DNA from: an uncultured Candidatus Saccharimonas sp.
GTDB taxonomy: Bacteria > Patescibacteriota > Saccharimonadia > Saccharimonadales > AQU-01
NCBI GenBank assembly: GCA_943358095.1
Contig: CALRGT010000004.1
Coordinates: 1,997-65,996 of the forward strand
Reading direction: 5' to 3'
Length of the DNA stretch: 64,000 nt
In this document: in pieces, positions 53,236 through 63,257 of the stretch
How the letters are laid out: every line of letters begins with the position of its first letter
Position numbering within the stretch: the stretch's first letter is position 1
Notes under the pieces: model-generated
What the model was told of the DNA's origin: nothing
Database searches by the model: none
Seen by the model: only the letters and a program-made list of their open reading frames with translations
Translations under genes and position numbers: made by a program

Positions 53236-54930
53236 ATGCATAGCAACTTCAATGATTTGAGCATGGTGATCGCAGTTGGCGTAGCAATAAGTATTGTTAT
53301 GCGCTTGATCAAACAGCCTCTTATAATAGGCTACATAATAACTGGCATAGTTGTTGGGCCTGCTATTTTAGGGATTATTGACTCGCCAGACAGTATTCAG
53401 GTTTTTGCCGACTTTGGTATTACCCTGCTGCTACTAATCGTAGGACTAGGCCTTAACCCTCGTGTTATCCGTGAGGTTGGTAGAATCGCCGCTTACATCG
53501 CAATAGGTAAGGTATTACTTGCTACTAGCGTTGGATTCGGATTAGCCCACCTGCTCGGATACGGTACTACGGCAGCTTTTTATATAGGAATTTCTCTGTC
53601 GTTCTCTAGCACTATAATTATCCTAAAATTGCTTAATGATAAAAAAGAACAGAATCGACTTTACGGCAAAATATCTATCGGATTCTTATTAATTGAAGAT
53701 TTGATAGCTACTACAGTCCTCGTTGCGGTGTCGGCTAGCGTTGACGGTGGAATGACATTTTCGAGCGTTTGGGCGCTAATCTATAAGATTATAGGACTAC
53801 TAATTGCCCTGGCACTGTTTAGAAGCTTGATCTTGACTAGACTACATAAAATGATCGCAGGCAGCCAAGAATTCTTATTCCTATTTGCTATAGGCTGGGG
53901 ATTAGGCGTGGCGGCTCTTTTTAAACAAGCAGGATTCTCAGTAGAAGTAGGTGCATTAATAGCTGGAGTGATCCTAGCACCTCTTCCTTACGCAGCGGAA
54001 GCCGCCTCTAGACTTAAACCGCTTCGCGATTTTTTTATCGTGCTGTTCTTTATATCTATCGGCTCACACCTTCATCTGGGTACTGTAATACCGATCTTAC
54101 CAAAAGCCATCTTCTTCTCTTCTCTAGTGTTATTTGGTAACCCTCTAGTTGTGATGACAATTATGGGTCTGTCCGGTTACACCAAAAAGACAAGCTTTAA
54201 GACCGCCATGACAGGCACACAAGTTAGTGAGTTCTCGTTAATAATCGTACTTCTTGCTAGTAGCTTAGGCCAAATAGACGAAAAAGTTTTAACACTCATA
54301 ACAGTTATTAGTTTATTTACTATTGGTGCATCGACATACCTAATAACATATAGCGACGGCTTATATAATGTATTAGAGCGTAGTCTGCATATGTTTGAGC
54401 GCAAAAAAATTCGTAAAGAACGAGAGCAAAAGAAACATTATGACCTGGTTTTAGTTGGCTTCTTAAAAGGAGGACATGAGTTTCTTAAGGTATTCCAGCA
54501 ACTCTCTAAATCGTATATTGTAGTCGACTATGATCCCGGCGTGATCGAAAGTTTAGAAAACCGAAACGCTCACTATATATATGGGGATATAACCGATTTA
54601 GAATTATTGGACGAATTAAATCTAGAAACAAGCAAGTTGATTGTCTCTACTCTTAGCGACATGCAAGTAAATGAAACATTACTAAAATGGCTAGAAAAAG
54701 TTAACCCTAGCGCGGTGTTTATCTGTACTGCAAACACGGCAGAAGAAGCAGCCGAGCATTACTCCAATGGAGCATCATATGTAATTCTACCCCACTACAT
54801 CGGTAGTGAAAAAATTGGTGCATTCATAAAGAAGAGTGGACTTAAGAAAAGCGAATTCAAGAAATACCGTGAAAAACATTTGGCATATCTACAATCGCAC
54901 TATGAACTTTTTGCTGAAGCAATCGACTAA
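53236..54930 (+). CDS. cation:proton antiporter (CPA2/Kef-type) with C-terminal RCK/TrkA-N-like domain
   Basis: 564 aa with about 12 TM helices, followed by a Rossmann-like segment (DLVLVGFLKGGHEF). Confidence 0.8.
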   Translation: MHSNFNDLSMVIAVGVAISIVMRLIKQPLIIGYIITGIVVGPAILGIIDSPDSIQVFADFGITLLLLIVGLGLNPRVIREVGRIAAYIAIGKVLLATSVGFGLAHLLGYGTTAAFYIGISLSFSSTIIILKLLNDKKEQNRLYGKISIGFLLIEDLIATTVLVAVSASVDGGMTFSSVWALIYKIIGLLIALALFRSLILTRLHKMIAGSQEFLFLFAIGWGLGVAALFKQAGFSVEVGALIAGVILAPLPYAAEAASRLKPLRDFFIVLFFISIGSHLHLGTVIPILPKAIFFSSLVLFGNPLVVMTIMGLSGYTKKTSFKTAMTGTQVSEFSLIIVLLASSLGQIDEKVLTLITVISLFTIGASTYLITYSDGLYNVLERSLHMFERKKIRKEREQKKHYDLVLVGFLKGGHEFLKVFQQLSKSYIVVDYDPGVIESLENRNAHYIYGDITDLELLDELNLETSKLIVSTLSDMQVNETLLKWLEKVNPSAVFICTANTAEEAAEHYSNGASYVILPHYIGSEKIGAFIKKSGLKKSEFKKYREKHLAYLQSHYELFAEAID

Positions 54931-55547
54931 TTAATACGTCGATATAGTTTATTGGAATCAACATACTCGGCAGTACTTGTAAGCAATCCAGCATGCCCTA
55001 AATCATCCCGTATTTGACTAGACGACATATTAGGCATGGGACTTTTCATGATGAACATCTCTTTGGGAGACGTAGGAAGGCTCGCCAAGGCTTGCTTTAT
55101 CGTATTAGGATCCTGGCCTTCCCTGATGCCAATAATTAAACCTACGCTCTTAAGAAAGCCTTCTATCAAAGGCCAGCTTTGCATATAAGTCAAAACATCA
55201 GAGCCACAAACATAGAATAGTTCGTCGTCCTTAAAATGCGAATTTAGTCGTGGCAAGGTAGTAGCTATACTGAACTTTTTATCTGGCAATTCCAACACCC
55301 TCAAACTAGGGTGAGGCTTAATAGCCAACTTTAACATTTCTAGCCTATGAGCAACATGCGTAACGTCTGATTTATGCCTTGGCTCTATATCGGGCAGAAA
55401 ATATAAATAGTCCAGCCTGGCTGTTTTTACTGCCTGCAGCGCGAATTCAATATGACCCTCGTGCACAGGGTCAAAGCTACCACTAAATATTCCTATTCTA
55501 TTTTTCATTAACCTTATAATACCCCCATGTGAGGCGATTTTAGTCAT
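54927..55547 (-). CDS. nadD: nicotinate-nucleotide adenylyltransferase-like (NadD)
   Basis: The GIFSGSFDPVHEGH motif is the nucleotidyltransferase (H/T)xGH. The start is either 55547 (ATGA overlap with the upstream gene) or Met-14. Confidence 0.75.
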   Translation of the reverse strand: MTKIASHGGIIRLMKNRIGIFSGSFDPVHEGHIEFALQAVKTARLDYLYFLPDIEPRHKSDVTHVAHRLEMLKLAIKPHPSLRVLELPDKKFSIATTLPRLNSHFKDDELFYVCGSDVLTYMQSWPLIEGFLKSVGLIIGIREGQDPNTIKQALASLPTSPKEMFIMKSPMPNMSSSQIRDDLGHAGLLTSTAEYVDSNKLYRRIN

Positions 55548-56983
55548 TTTTTACCCGCTACCAAAACTTTACCAGTACAGATATCGACTTTGTGCTGGCA
55601 ACTTGGACATTCCCAACAATCCTTTTTGACTACTTCAGCCTTTTTGACATTTTTACGACAATTAATGCACCTAATATTGCTACTGGCAGCTAGTCCGGCT
55701 TCATCTTTTTCGGTACCCAGAGAACCTTCTCCGCCTATGGTATTAGAAGCAATAGAATTAGAAGAATTGGCTTTTTCTAATGCCGAGGCGCACGAGGAAG
55801 ATTTTTGGGTATTCTGCGCCAAATTTTCAGCATCCCTGGCTAGCTCGTGGTGACCATGAGCGGCGTATTCTCTGGCTTCGTTTATATGCACGGCAGAAAT
55901 TTCTCCAAACACCATAGGATCAATTGTTTTGTCTACTTTAATGGCGTGTCTTACTAGAGTTTGTCCTGACAATTCATTCACTCGTTTCACAGCATCAATC
56001 GGGCTTTGAATGTCTGCGGCTTCTACAATCAATTGATTAACTATTGAGTTAACTGTTGGAGCTAAATTATCTTCGCGTGACTGACAATATTTTTCATATT
56101 CTTGATAATCTTGAACTGGCCTATCCTCACCAAAAAATGTTCCACCAGCGTGTTTATCGTATAACTTAACTAGATCAGCTACTCCATTAGGCATTAAGCT
56201 TTTGTGAATTAATAATGGTTCATCGATAATCTGCACTGAGCTTTTGCCACCATAATCAACACCCAGCTCGTCTGCCATCGCTTCAATCGTAACGCCATCA
56301 TGCCTTTCCTGACCTGTTGACCTAACTCCAGCCACGAACGCTGAAGCCATTGCCAGCCCATCCTGATCCTTTGTAGTAGCCTGAATAACAGTGGTCTTGC
56401 TGTCAGCAAAAAACCCGTTTTCTTTTAATTCGGACTCTGTCATATCATCAGCACAACGAGATATAACAACAAAATAATGATCGTCTAATACATCTTGTTG
56501 TATTGCCTGCTGCAATCTAAAACCATTACGCGCCTCTGCCTCACTTCGCTGCCGAATTTTTGGTGTAGCCGAGGCATAAATCAAACTATTCTCATAAACT
56601 GACTGCATTGATTGACCAAATTGGACGATCTCGCCGTCTTCGTTAATATTAAGGTCTGTTTTAGTTATATTGCCCTTTTTATAAATTCTCTCAACTACAT
56701 CCGTATAAACATTCTTAGTTACTAGATTTCTAGCATTTTCGTCCCCCCAAGCCGCTCCATGTATAGCCTCATGTAGTGAATTTATTTGCGGACTCGATTC
56801 TACTTCTTGAACCGGCTCTATGTCAACAGTTTTGAGAGCTGACTTGCCGACACCCCGAATAAAACGTTCAGCCCTAGCTCGAACCAGCCTATCTTCCGGC
56901 ATTTCTGCAATATTAACAACTCGAGGAATATACTCAAGTCGCTCATAGTCTTGCAACACCTCTGCGGTGGCGGCCATTGACAT
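55544..56983 (-). CDS. hypothetical protein with C-terminal zinc ribbon
   Basis: ORF 55544-56992 trimmed to ATG 56983 (AAAGGTG upstream). About 479 aa. The C-terminus is CINC-x17-CPSC. No other motif recognised. Confidence 0.5.
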   Translation of the reverse strand: MSMAATAEVLQDYERLEYIPRVVNIAEMPEDRLVRARAERFIRGVGKSALKTVDIEPVQEVESSPQINSLHEAIHGAAWGDENARNLVTKNVYTDVVERIYKKGNITKTDLNINEDGEIVQFGQSMQSVYENSLIYASATPKIRQRSEAEARNGFRLQQAIQQDVLDDHYFVVISRCADDMTESELKENGFFADSKTTVIQATTKDQDGLAMASAFVAGVRSTGQERHDGVTIEAMADELGVDYGGKSSVQIIDEPLLIHKSLMPNGVADLVKLYDKHAGGTFFGEDRPVQDYQEYEKYCQSREDNLAPTVNSIVNQLIVEAADIQSPIDAVKRVNELSGQTLVRHAIKVDKTIDPMVFGEISAVHINEAREYAAHGHHELARDAENLAQNTQKSSSCASALEKANSSNSIASNTIGGEGSLGTEKDEAGLAASSNIRCINCRKNVKKAEVVKKDCWECPSCQHKVDICTGKVLVAGKK

Positions 56984-57221
56984 AAAAAACACCTTTACTC
57001 CCCAGTACAGGCAGAGAAAAAGGCGTCAAAGACATTTTTTGCTCCTGCACGGGAGGCTTTAAAAGTAGCTGTATCGGACTTATATTTCGTCAAAAATATA
57101 TACCGTTGCGGCACAGTTCCTGATTCACACAGGATTCCAGCTCATAATTTGTTAATAGTACTATGGTACCACAAAACACAGGCACTATATGTAGTATTAT
57201 TGCAGTCAATTAGAGCGCTAA

Positions 57222-58019
57222 TTACTTAATAAAAATGAGTAGTAAAACTACAGCAGCTAGCGCGAATCGATAATAGGCAAAAATCGCTAAGCTGTGCTTG
57301 CTCAAGTAGTTGAGCATGAATTTTATTGCAAAAAGACCCGTCACAAAAGCTGTCACGACGCCAACCAAAAACAGAGTAGAATTATCAGAAATCTGGGTAA
57401 TCGCCGAGTGCTTAACAAGTACTTTCAATACTGCGCCTAGAGTAATTGGAATTCCCAACAAAAACGAAAACCTTGTCGCAGACACTCTATCGAGGCCCAT
57501 AAATAATCCAGCAGTAATGGTACTACCAGAGCGAGATATTCCAGGCACTATGGCAGCGGCCTGAGCAACACCCATTGTTAAGGCCTGAGCCCTGCTGATG
57601 TTGGTCAAATCGCTTGGTTTTTTATATCGTGCAGAGTATCGTTCGGCTAATAACATTATCAACCCAAATACAGCCAAATTTATACTTACAAGTGTGGCTG
57701 ACCGAAAGCTAGACTCAGCAGCACTCTCAAATAGATACCCTATTACAGCGGCTGGAATAGTTGCCGCAATTAATAACCATGCAAGTTTAGTCTTATCACT
57801 TTTAACAAATACTGCGCGTAACATACCTAGCAAGTCTTTGTAGAAATACAGAAATAACGCCATCAATGTACCAATGTGCAGCGCAACATCGAACGTGAAT
57901 CCGTTTTCGGCAAGACCCATTGCTTTTTGTATTAACAACAAATGCCCTGAACTAGACACAGGAATGAATTCGGTTAGTCCCTGGACGATGCCCAAAAATA
58001 TCGCTTGAATAATAGTCAC
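57222..58019 (-). CDS. uppP: undecaprenyl-diphosphate phosphatase (UppP/BacA)
   Basis: 265 aa, polytopic, with the BacA motifs EFIPVSSSGH and PGISRSG. Confidence 0.9.
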   Translation of the reverse strand: MTIIQAIFLGIVQGLTEFIPVSSSGHLLLIQKAMGLAENGFTFDVALHIGTLMALFLYFYKDLLGMLRAVFVKSDKTKLAWLLIAATIPAAVIGYLFESAAESSFRSATLVSINLAVFGLIMLLAERYSARYKKPSDLTNISRAQALTMGVAQAAAIVPGISRSGSTITAGLFMGLDRVSATRFSFLLGIPITLGAVLKVLVKHSAITQISDNSTLFLVGVVTAFVTGLFAIKFMLNYLSKHSLAIFAYYRFALAAVVLLLIFIK

Positions 58020-58049
58020 CTTATGAGTATATAGGAGACAGGTAACTAA

Positions 58050-58514
58050 TTATACATTTTCGATTAAGAGTTTTCTTAGGTCGCTTAATCTAGGCATAAA
58101 GCTTTGCTGGGCTCCATTAAGCCCCAACACCTTTAGAGCACCAACTAAAACATATAGTTCATCAATTTGAGCTGCTGATGGCTGACTATTTTGTTCGGCT
58201 TGAGTGAAGTAATACTCTATTTTTTCGACTAGCCACTTCTCTTCTCCAGGCTTGATCAAATTAGTTGATATTTTGGGTGGTTCAGTCTGAACAACAACTT
58301 CCAGCGAACGGGCTGAGTGATCTCGTTTACGCAGATGACCCCTTTTAATTAGACTATTAATATGGAGTGCTGCACTAGCAACCGAGGTATAGCCTTTGGC
58401 TTTCATCACCTCTCTATAGCTAGGACTGTAACCGTGTTCTGCGATAAATTCTTGTACATATGTTAATATTTCTCGCTGTTTTTTGGTTGGGCGAACTGGT
58501 TCCGTGGGTTGCAT
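58050..58514 (-). CDS. LexA-type winged-helix DNA-binding domain protein lacking the S24 peptidase domain
   Basis: 154 aa. The N-terminal 70 aa (LTKKQREILTYVQEFIAEHGYSPSYREV) resemble the LexA DNA-binding domain. The C-terminal half is helical, with no Ser/Lys dyad context. Confidence 0.55.
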   Translation of the reverse strand: MQPTEPVRPTKKQREILTYVQEFIAEHGYSPSYREVMKAKGYTSVASAALHINSLIKRGHLRKRDHSARSLEVVVQTEPPKISTNLIKPGEEKWLVEKIEYYFTQAEQNSQPSAAQIDELYVLVGALKVLGLNGAQQSFMPRLSDLRKLLIENV

Positions 58515-59054
58515 TTATTTAAGTCCTCTCGTGTATGCTATTGGACCATGTGCCCTATGTGCAACAACTCTAGGTACTGTCCGTTTGATGCTTTTTGGTT
58601 CAATATTTTCTGGAAATACCCAATATTTATACCAAACATAATTCCATATCGTGAAGAAAGCTGATGACGCGAACTGGCCGATATAAGGGGTTATTCCCAT
58701 CTGTTTTAATCCCCAAACAATCAGATAATCAATAACGAAGTCAGCCAGAGTAATAATTGCATAACGAGTTGTGACCTTGGTTTTTTGATCGTTTAATTTT
58801 GAACTTTGGAAAACCCAGTATCTTTGTAGTAGGTAATTTATAATCCAACCGATAACATTTGCGGCTAACTTGGCCCACCATAGATTTAGATGAAATACCT
58901 TATCGGCAACAAAAAATACACCGTAACCTGTCCAGAAATACGCGCCGCCACTAATCATGTACTCAACTACACGAATTAATTCTTTTCTGTTATTTTGTTT
59001 TCTTTTGCTCATGTTCGTTGTTTGTACATTACTATGACCATAAGCATTAATCAA
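58515..59054 (-). CDS. GtrA-family membrane protein
   Basis: 179 aa with 4 TM helices and a GtrA-like pattern (ISGGAYFW...QRYWVF). The start may instead be Met-15. Confidence 0.7.
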   Translation of the reverse strand: MINAYGHSNVQTTNMSKRKQNNRKELIRVVEYMISGGAYFWTGYGVFFVADKVFHLNLWWAKLAANVIGWIINYLLQRYWVFQSSKLNDQKTKVTTRYAIITLADFVIDYLIVWGLKQMGITPYIGQFASSAFFTIWNYVWYKYWVFPENIEPKSIKRTVPRVVAHRAHGPIAYTRGLK

Positions 59055-59090
59055 TAACGGTTATTATTATTTATGCTTGTTGAAGACAAT

Positions 59091-60449
59091 TTATTTCTTA
59101 ATATTAGAGTGAGGCTGTTTTATATAGTTCGTTTGGCTCAAGGCTATTCCTGCTAGTCCCCACCAGACATAAGCCAAAGTGTCGTCAGCCCAGGCGTGTG
59201 AAACAAGATTAACGAATATTAAACCAATTAAACTGGCCAGCAAGGCGCGCGCCAAAGGATCGTCTTTTTGTTTATATAGACGAATGATCAGTAATATATT
59301 AACAATCACGAAGCTTAACAGACCTATAATTCCTACTTCTTGACCGATTTGAATAAAGTAACTCTCGGCTATTTTTGGTGGACTTTTAATATTGCGGAGT
59401 GACGCTGGCCCAGCACTACCTACGCCACCTCCTAATGGATGACTCGAAATATCTTTAAGCCCTCCTGATATGGCTGATACACGAGCGGCATTAGAGCTTA
59501 CACTCGATCCGGAGCTGTCGCTCGAATGAAAAAATATATTTTGTACTTGATAGTTGTTGCGCACTGACAAAAACGCCCCGGCAGATACCACGCCCAAACA
59601 TAGCACTGCTACCATTATTTTTCTGGTTAAATACTTTCGTTCAAAGATCACAATCAGAATGCCTAGAGATATAATCATCCCAACCATGGCACTACGCGAA
59701 TAAGTCACGAACAATACATAGACGCAGGCTAAGCCAAATATCATCCAATAACCGCGCTGCTTTCTGGCTGCAGATAGCGCAATCGATAGTATTAAGCAGC
59801 TAATTACTACAAGATAGGCGCCAAGAGGGTTCGGTCCTCTTAGAGTAGATTGAACTCGTACAAAGTCGGGCTGATTATCAACAGTCTGATACGGCACTAT
59901 GGTGGCCCTACTGTAGCCAATATGACTCAGAATATCCTTCGGAAGCACTGTTGCCTGGAGTAAACCAAAAGATATGACTAGAGCCGCCGGTAATATTATC
60001 GCCTTCTTCCAGTTAAAAGTCCTACTTAAATCGCTAAATTTAAACGCCAAATACACTACAGCAAAGAAGCCAACTAATCTTAGGTCAATAATCATCCCGT
60101 AAATTACTGCGGAGCCACTTACTCTGTGACTCACTAAATCGTACACACTAATAGCCAGAAGTATTCCTGAATATACGACCATCGCAACGAGTAATTTATC
60201 TTTTGTGATATTTTTCAATTTGGATCTGTGAGTGATCATAAACCAGGCTAAAACTAGTGCTAAACCTGATAATGCCAATTCTTTCCAAATTCTAAAAAAA
60301 TCGAAATGCTGAAAATGACTAGCTAGGTTGACAGTGATTGGCGCATAGAAGGGCGCTATGACAAATATCGCTCCAATAACAAGACTCAAGAGTCTAGTAA
60401 CTAGATTGCTCGGCTTAAGTTCTGAAGAGTTATGTTTTGCTTTAGTCAT
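59091..60449 (-). CDS. O-antigen ligase/polymerase-like (Wzy_C) membrane protein
   Basis: 452 aa with at least 10 TM helices and a periplasmic-loop region containing RS.MVG. Confidence 0.6.
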   Translation of the reverse strand: MTKAKHNSSELKPSNLVTRLLSLVIGAIFVIAPFYAPITVNLASHFQHFDFFRIWKELALSGLALVLAWFMITHRSKLKNITKDKLLVAMVVYSGILLAISVYDLVSHRVSGSAVIYGMIIDLRLVGFFAVVYLAFKFSDLSRTFNWKKAIILPAALVISFGLLQATVLPKDILSHIGYSRATIVPYQTVDNQPDFVRVQSTLRGPNPLGAYLVVISCLILSIALSAARKQRGYWMIFGLACVYVLFVTYSRSAMVGMIISLGILIVIFERKYLTRKIMVAVLCLGVVSAGAFLSVRNNYQVQNIFFHSSDSSGSSVSSNAARVSAISGGLKDISSHPLGGGVGSAGPASLRNIKSPPKIAESYFIQIGQEVGIIGLLSFVIVNILLIIRLYKQKDDPLARALLASLIGLIFVNLVSHAWADDTLAYVWWGLAGIALSQTNYIKQPHSNIKK

Positions 60450-60546
60450 AGATGTTATAATTATTATAGATGAATATCGTACGAGACCTATTAAATGACA
60501 AAAATCATATTAGTTTCATAGCGCACGAACATGAGACATACACAAA

Positions 60547-62004
60547 ATGAAAAATAGCGCCTCAATAATATACAACTTCTTTTTAATGATAGGCGACTTC
60601 TTGGCGCTTGTTGCTGCATTTATCGGCGCTTATATACTGCGAGTCACACTAGATGCTAGACCTTTAATAGAAGCTATCCCAGCCAGGTCATACTTAGGAG
60701 TATTCTTGGCACTGTTACCCTTTTGGCTAATAATCTTTGGACTTCTTGGGCTATATAACAGCAATATATATGAAAAACGATTTAGTGAAGCGGGTCGTCT
60801 TGCAGCGGGATCATTCATCGGATTGTTATTCGTGGTTTTCTACAATTTTATTGCTCTTAAGCCAATCTTCCCTGCAAAATTAGTACCAATATATGGCTCA
60901 ATGTTGGCATTTGTTATTCTTGTATTGTTCAGAAATCTGGCCAGACTATTAAAAATAACACTTTTTGGCTATGGCGTAGGTCTTACGAACTTACTTATAG
61001 TGGGCGACACAGAATTAAGCTCTGAACTAGTTGAGTCGCTTATTGATAGCCGTCATTCTGGGTATCGCATTCTTGGGGTAGTAGGCGCAAAAGATAAATC
61101 ATTTAGTAAATATCCTGACTTAGCAATTTATAAAACATTTCAAGAAGCAATTGACGGCATTGGCGAGGATTCGGTTAATAGCATCGTCCAAACAGAACTG
61201 TTTTCGGACGAACTCAAGAACCAAGAAATACTAGGTTTTGCACAATCTCATCACGCTGGATATCGTTTTACTCCTGGCAATTCCGAACTTTTCGTAGGCA
61301 AGCTAGATGTCGAGCTTTTTCGATCTTCAGTTCCAGTTATAGCAGTACATCAAACAGCTTTATTTGGCTGGGGAAGAATAGTTAAGCGCCTATTCGACCT
61401 AGTGTTTGCAACAATAATTATTATATTAAGCTCTCCTGTGATGTTAGCTATATCAATCGCAATCAAACTAGGAGACGGTGGTCCTGTTTTCCTACGACAA
61501 ACTAGACTTACCCGTTTTAATCGCCAATTTAAAGTATTCAAGTTCCGATCGCACAATCAACTTTATAATGGCTTAACTCCAGACGAAGCTTTTGCAAAAA
61601 TGAAGCGTCCTGACTTGCTAAAGACTTTTCGAGATAACGGCAACTATTTAGCAAATGATCCTAGGGAAACTAAAATCGGTAAGCTAATAAGGGTCACGAG
61701 TCTAGACGAATTACCTCAACTCTTCAATGTAGTTAAAGGTGACTTAAGTCTCGTAGGCCCAAGAGCATTAATACCAAGCGATCTAGCCGAATATAAAAAA
61801 CGACACACCATATTAAGCGTCAAGTCTGGCATAACTGGACTAGCTCAGGTCTCAGGACGCAACAATATTCCAGTCGAAGAAAGACGATTACTTGACGTAT
61901 ATTATGCTCAAAACTGGAGTTTTTGGCTTGATATTATAATCCTCCTAAAGACAGTTAAAGCAGTTATAGTAAACGAACACGAAGACAAACAGACTCTTTC
62001 ATGA
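60547..62004 (+). CDS. polyprenyl glycosylphosphotransferase (WbaP/bacterial sugar transferase family)
   Basis: 485 aa with N-terminal TM helices and a C-terminal sugar-transferase domain (DELPQLFNVVKGDLSLVGPRA). Confidence 0.85.
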   Translation: MKNSASIIYNFFLMIGDFLALVAAFIGAYILRVTLDARPLIEAIPARSYLGVFLALLPFWLIIFGLLGLYNSNIYEKRFSEAGRLAAGSFIGLLFVVFYNFIALKPIFPAKLVPIYGSMLAFVILVLFRNLARLLKITLFGYGVGLTNLLIVGDTELSSELVESLIDSRHSGYRILGVVGAKDKSFSKYPDLAIYKTFQEAIDGIGEDSVNSIVQTELFSDELKNQEILGFAQSHHAGYRFTPGNSELFVGKLDVELFRSSVPVIAVHQTALFGWGRIVKRLFDLVFATIIIILSSPVMLAISIAIKLGDGGPVFLRQTRLTRFNRQFKVFKFRSHNQLYNGLTPDEAFAKMKRPDLLKTFRDNGNYLANDPRETKIGKLIRVTSLDELPQLFNVVKGDLSLVGPRALIPSDLAEYKKRHTILSVKSGITGLAQVSGRNNIPVEERRLLDVYYAQNWSFWLDIIILLKTVKAVIVNEHEDKQTLS

Positions 62005-63113
62005 CCAAGAAACTTAAGGTAGCGATAGTTCACGACTGGCTAACTGGTGGAGGAGCCGAAAAGGTCGTTTTAGCCTTGCATCAAATGTTCCCTGACGCGC
62101 CTATATACACCTCATACTCCACGCCAGAATGGCGCACTAGACTAGACGATAAAGTAGTGACCGGGTATTTAGGTAAAGCACCCTTCTCTAAGATTAAGAA
62201 GTTTATTCCAATGCTTCGAGCAAGCTGGTTCAGTAACTTAGATCTATTTGAATATGATTTAGTGATCAGCAGTTCTGGAGCTGAGGCCAAAGGATTAAAG
62301 ACCGGGCCGAAAACTATCCACATAAACTATTGCCATGCACCTACTCATTATTATTGGAGCCGCTACGATGAATATATAACCAATCCAGGTTTTGGAAAAT
62401 TCGATCCATTTGCACGAATAGGGCTAAAAGCTCTTGTCGGACCAATGCGTCGCTGGGACTACAAAGCAGCAAAGCGACCTGATTATATTGTCGCCAATTC
62501 GAACTATACAAAATCTCAAATAAAGAAATATTACGACCGAGATGCAACTGTTATAAATCCGCCAGTTGATGTTGATAAATTCATCCAAAAAAGCGGTTCT
62601 TTAGAACGCAAAGGTTTTGTTATTGCAGCTCGCCAAACGCCATACAAAAGAGTTGATCTGGCCGTAACAGCCTGCTCTAATTTAGGCCTCCCTTTACGTG
62701 TTATAGGTAATGGCCCAGACCACGCAAGACTAGTATCTTTGGCCGGTCCAACTATAGAGTTCTTGACTAACGTTAGTGACGCAGATCTCGCTAAATATTT
62801 TCAAACTGCCGAAGCCTTTATCTTTCCTGGTTTAGATGATTTTGGCATAGCCCCAGTTGAAGCGATGGCCGCCGGTACGCCGGTGATAGCCTACAACGCT
62901 GGCGGTGCCTTAGACTATGTAGAAGAATTCAAAACAGGTGTGTTTTTTAACGAACAGAACGCCGATAGTCTTGAATTAGCATTAAAGAAATTTAAAAAAA
63001 TAAAATGGGATCATAAGGCCGTTGTAAATAAAGCAGTGCAATTCAAACCAGAAGTCTTTAAGGTAGATATACGCGAGCTTATCGATAAGGCTCTCGCAAA
63101 ACAAAATAATTAG
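62001..63113 (+). CDS. glycosyltransferase, GT4 (GT-B fold)
   Basis: 370 aa with an ATGA overlap with the upstream gene. The E(x7)E-region pattern is DDFGIAPVEAMAAGTPVIA. Confidence 0.85.
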   Translation: MTKKLKVAIVHDWLTGGGAEKVVLALHQMFPDAPIYTSYSTPEWRTRLDDKVVTGYLGKAPFSKIKKFIPMLRASWFSNLDLFEYDLVISSSGAEAKGLKTGPKTIHINYCHAPTHYYWSRYDEYITNPGFGKFDPFARIGLKALVGPMRRWDYKAAKRPDYIVANSNYTKSQIKKYYDRDATVINPPVDVDKFIQKSGSLERKGFVIAARQTPYKRVDLAVTACSNLGLPLRVIGNGPDHARLVSLAGPTIEFLTNVSDADLAKYFQTAEAFIFPGLDDFGIAPVEAMAAGTPVIAYNAGGALDYVEEFKTGVFFNEQNADSLELALKKFKKIKWDHKAVVNKAVQFKPEVFKVDIRELIDKALAKQNN

Positions 63114-63120
63114 TAAAACA

Positions 63121-63222
63121 ATTTGTCATTTAGCATTTAACATTGATGCATTTATTTGGACATTTAACATTTTTCATTGAAGCTACAATGACCAAATGAC
63201 ACCTGTTAAATAAATGACAAAT
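63121..63222. repeat. AT-rich repeat cluster upstream of glmS
   Basis: A 12-bp perfect inverted repeat pairs ATTTGTCATTTA (63121) with TAAATGACAAAT (63211). Several AAATGAC/CATTTAACAT direct repeats lie in between. Confidence 0.5.
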
Positions 63223-63257
63223 GGTCAATGTCAAATGGTAAATATAAGGATTATTAT

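Noticed and set aside
63114-63257. glmS ribozyme upstream of glmS
   Set aside because: The spacer is too short, AT-rich and repetitive. None of the conserved GC-rich core sequence of the ribozyme as I remember it is present.
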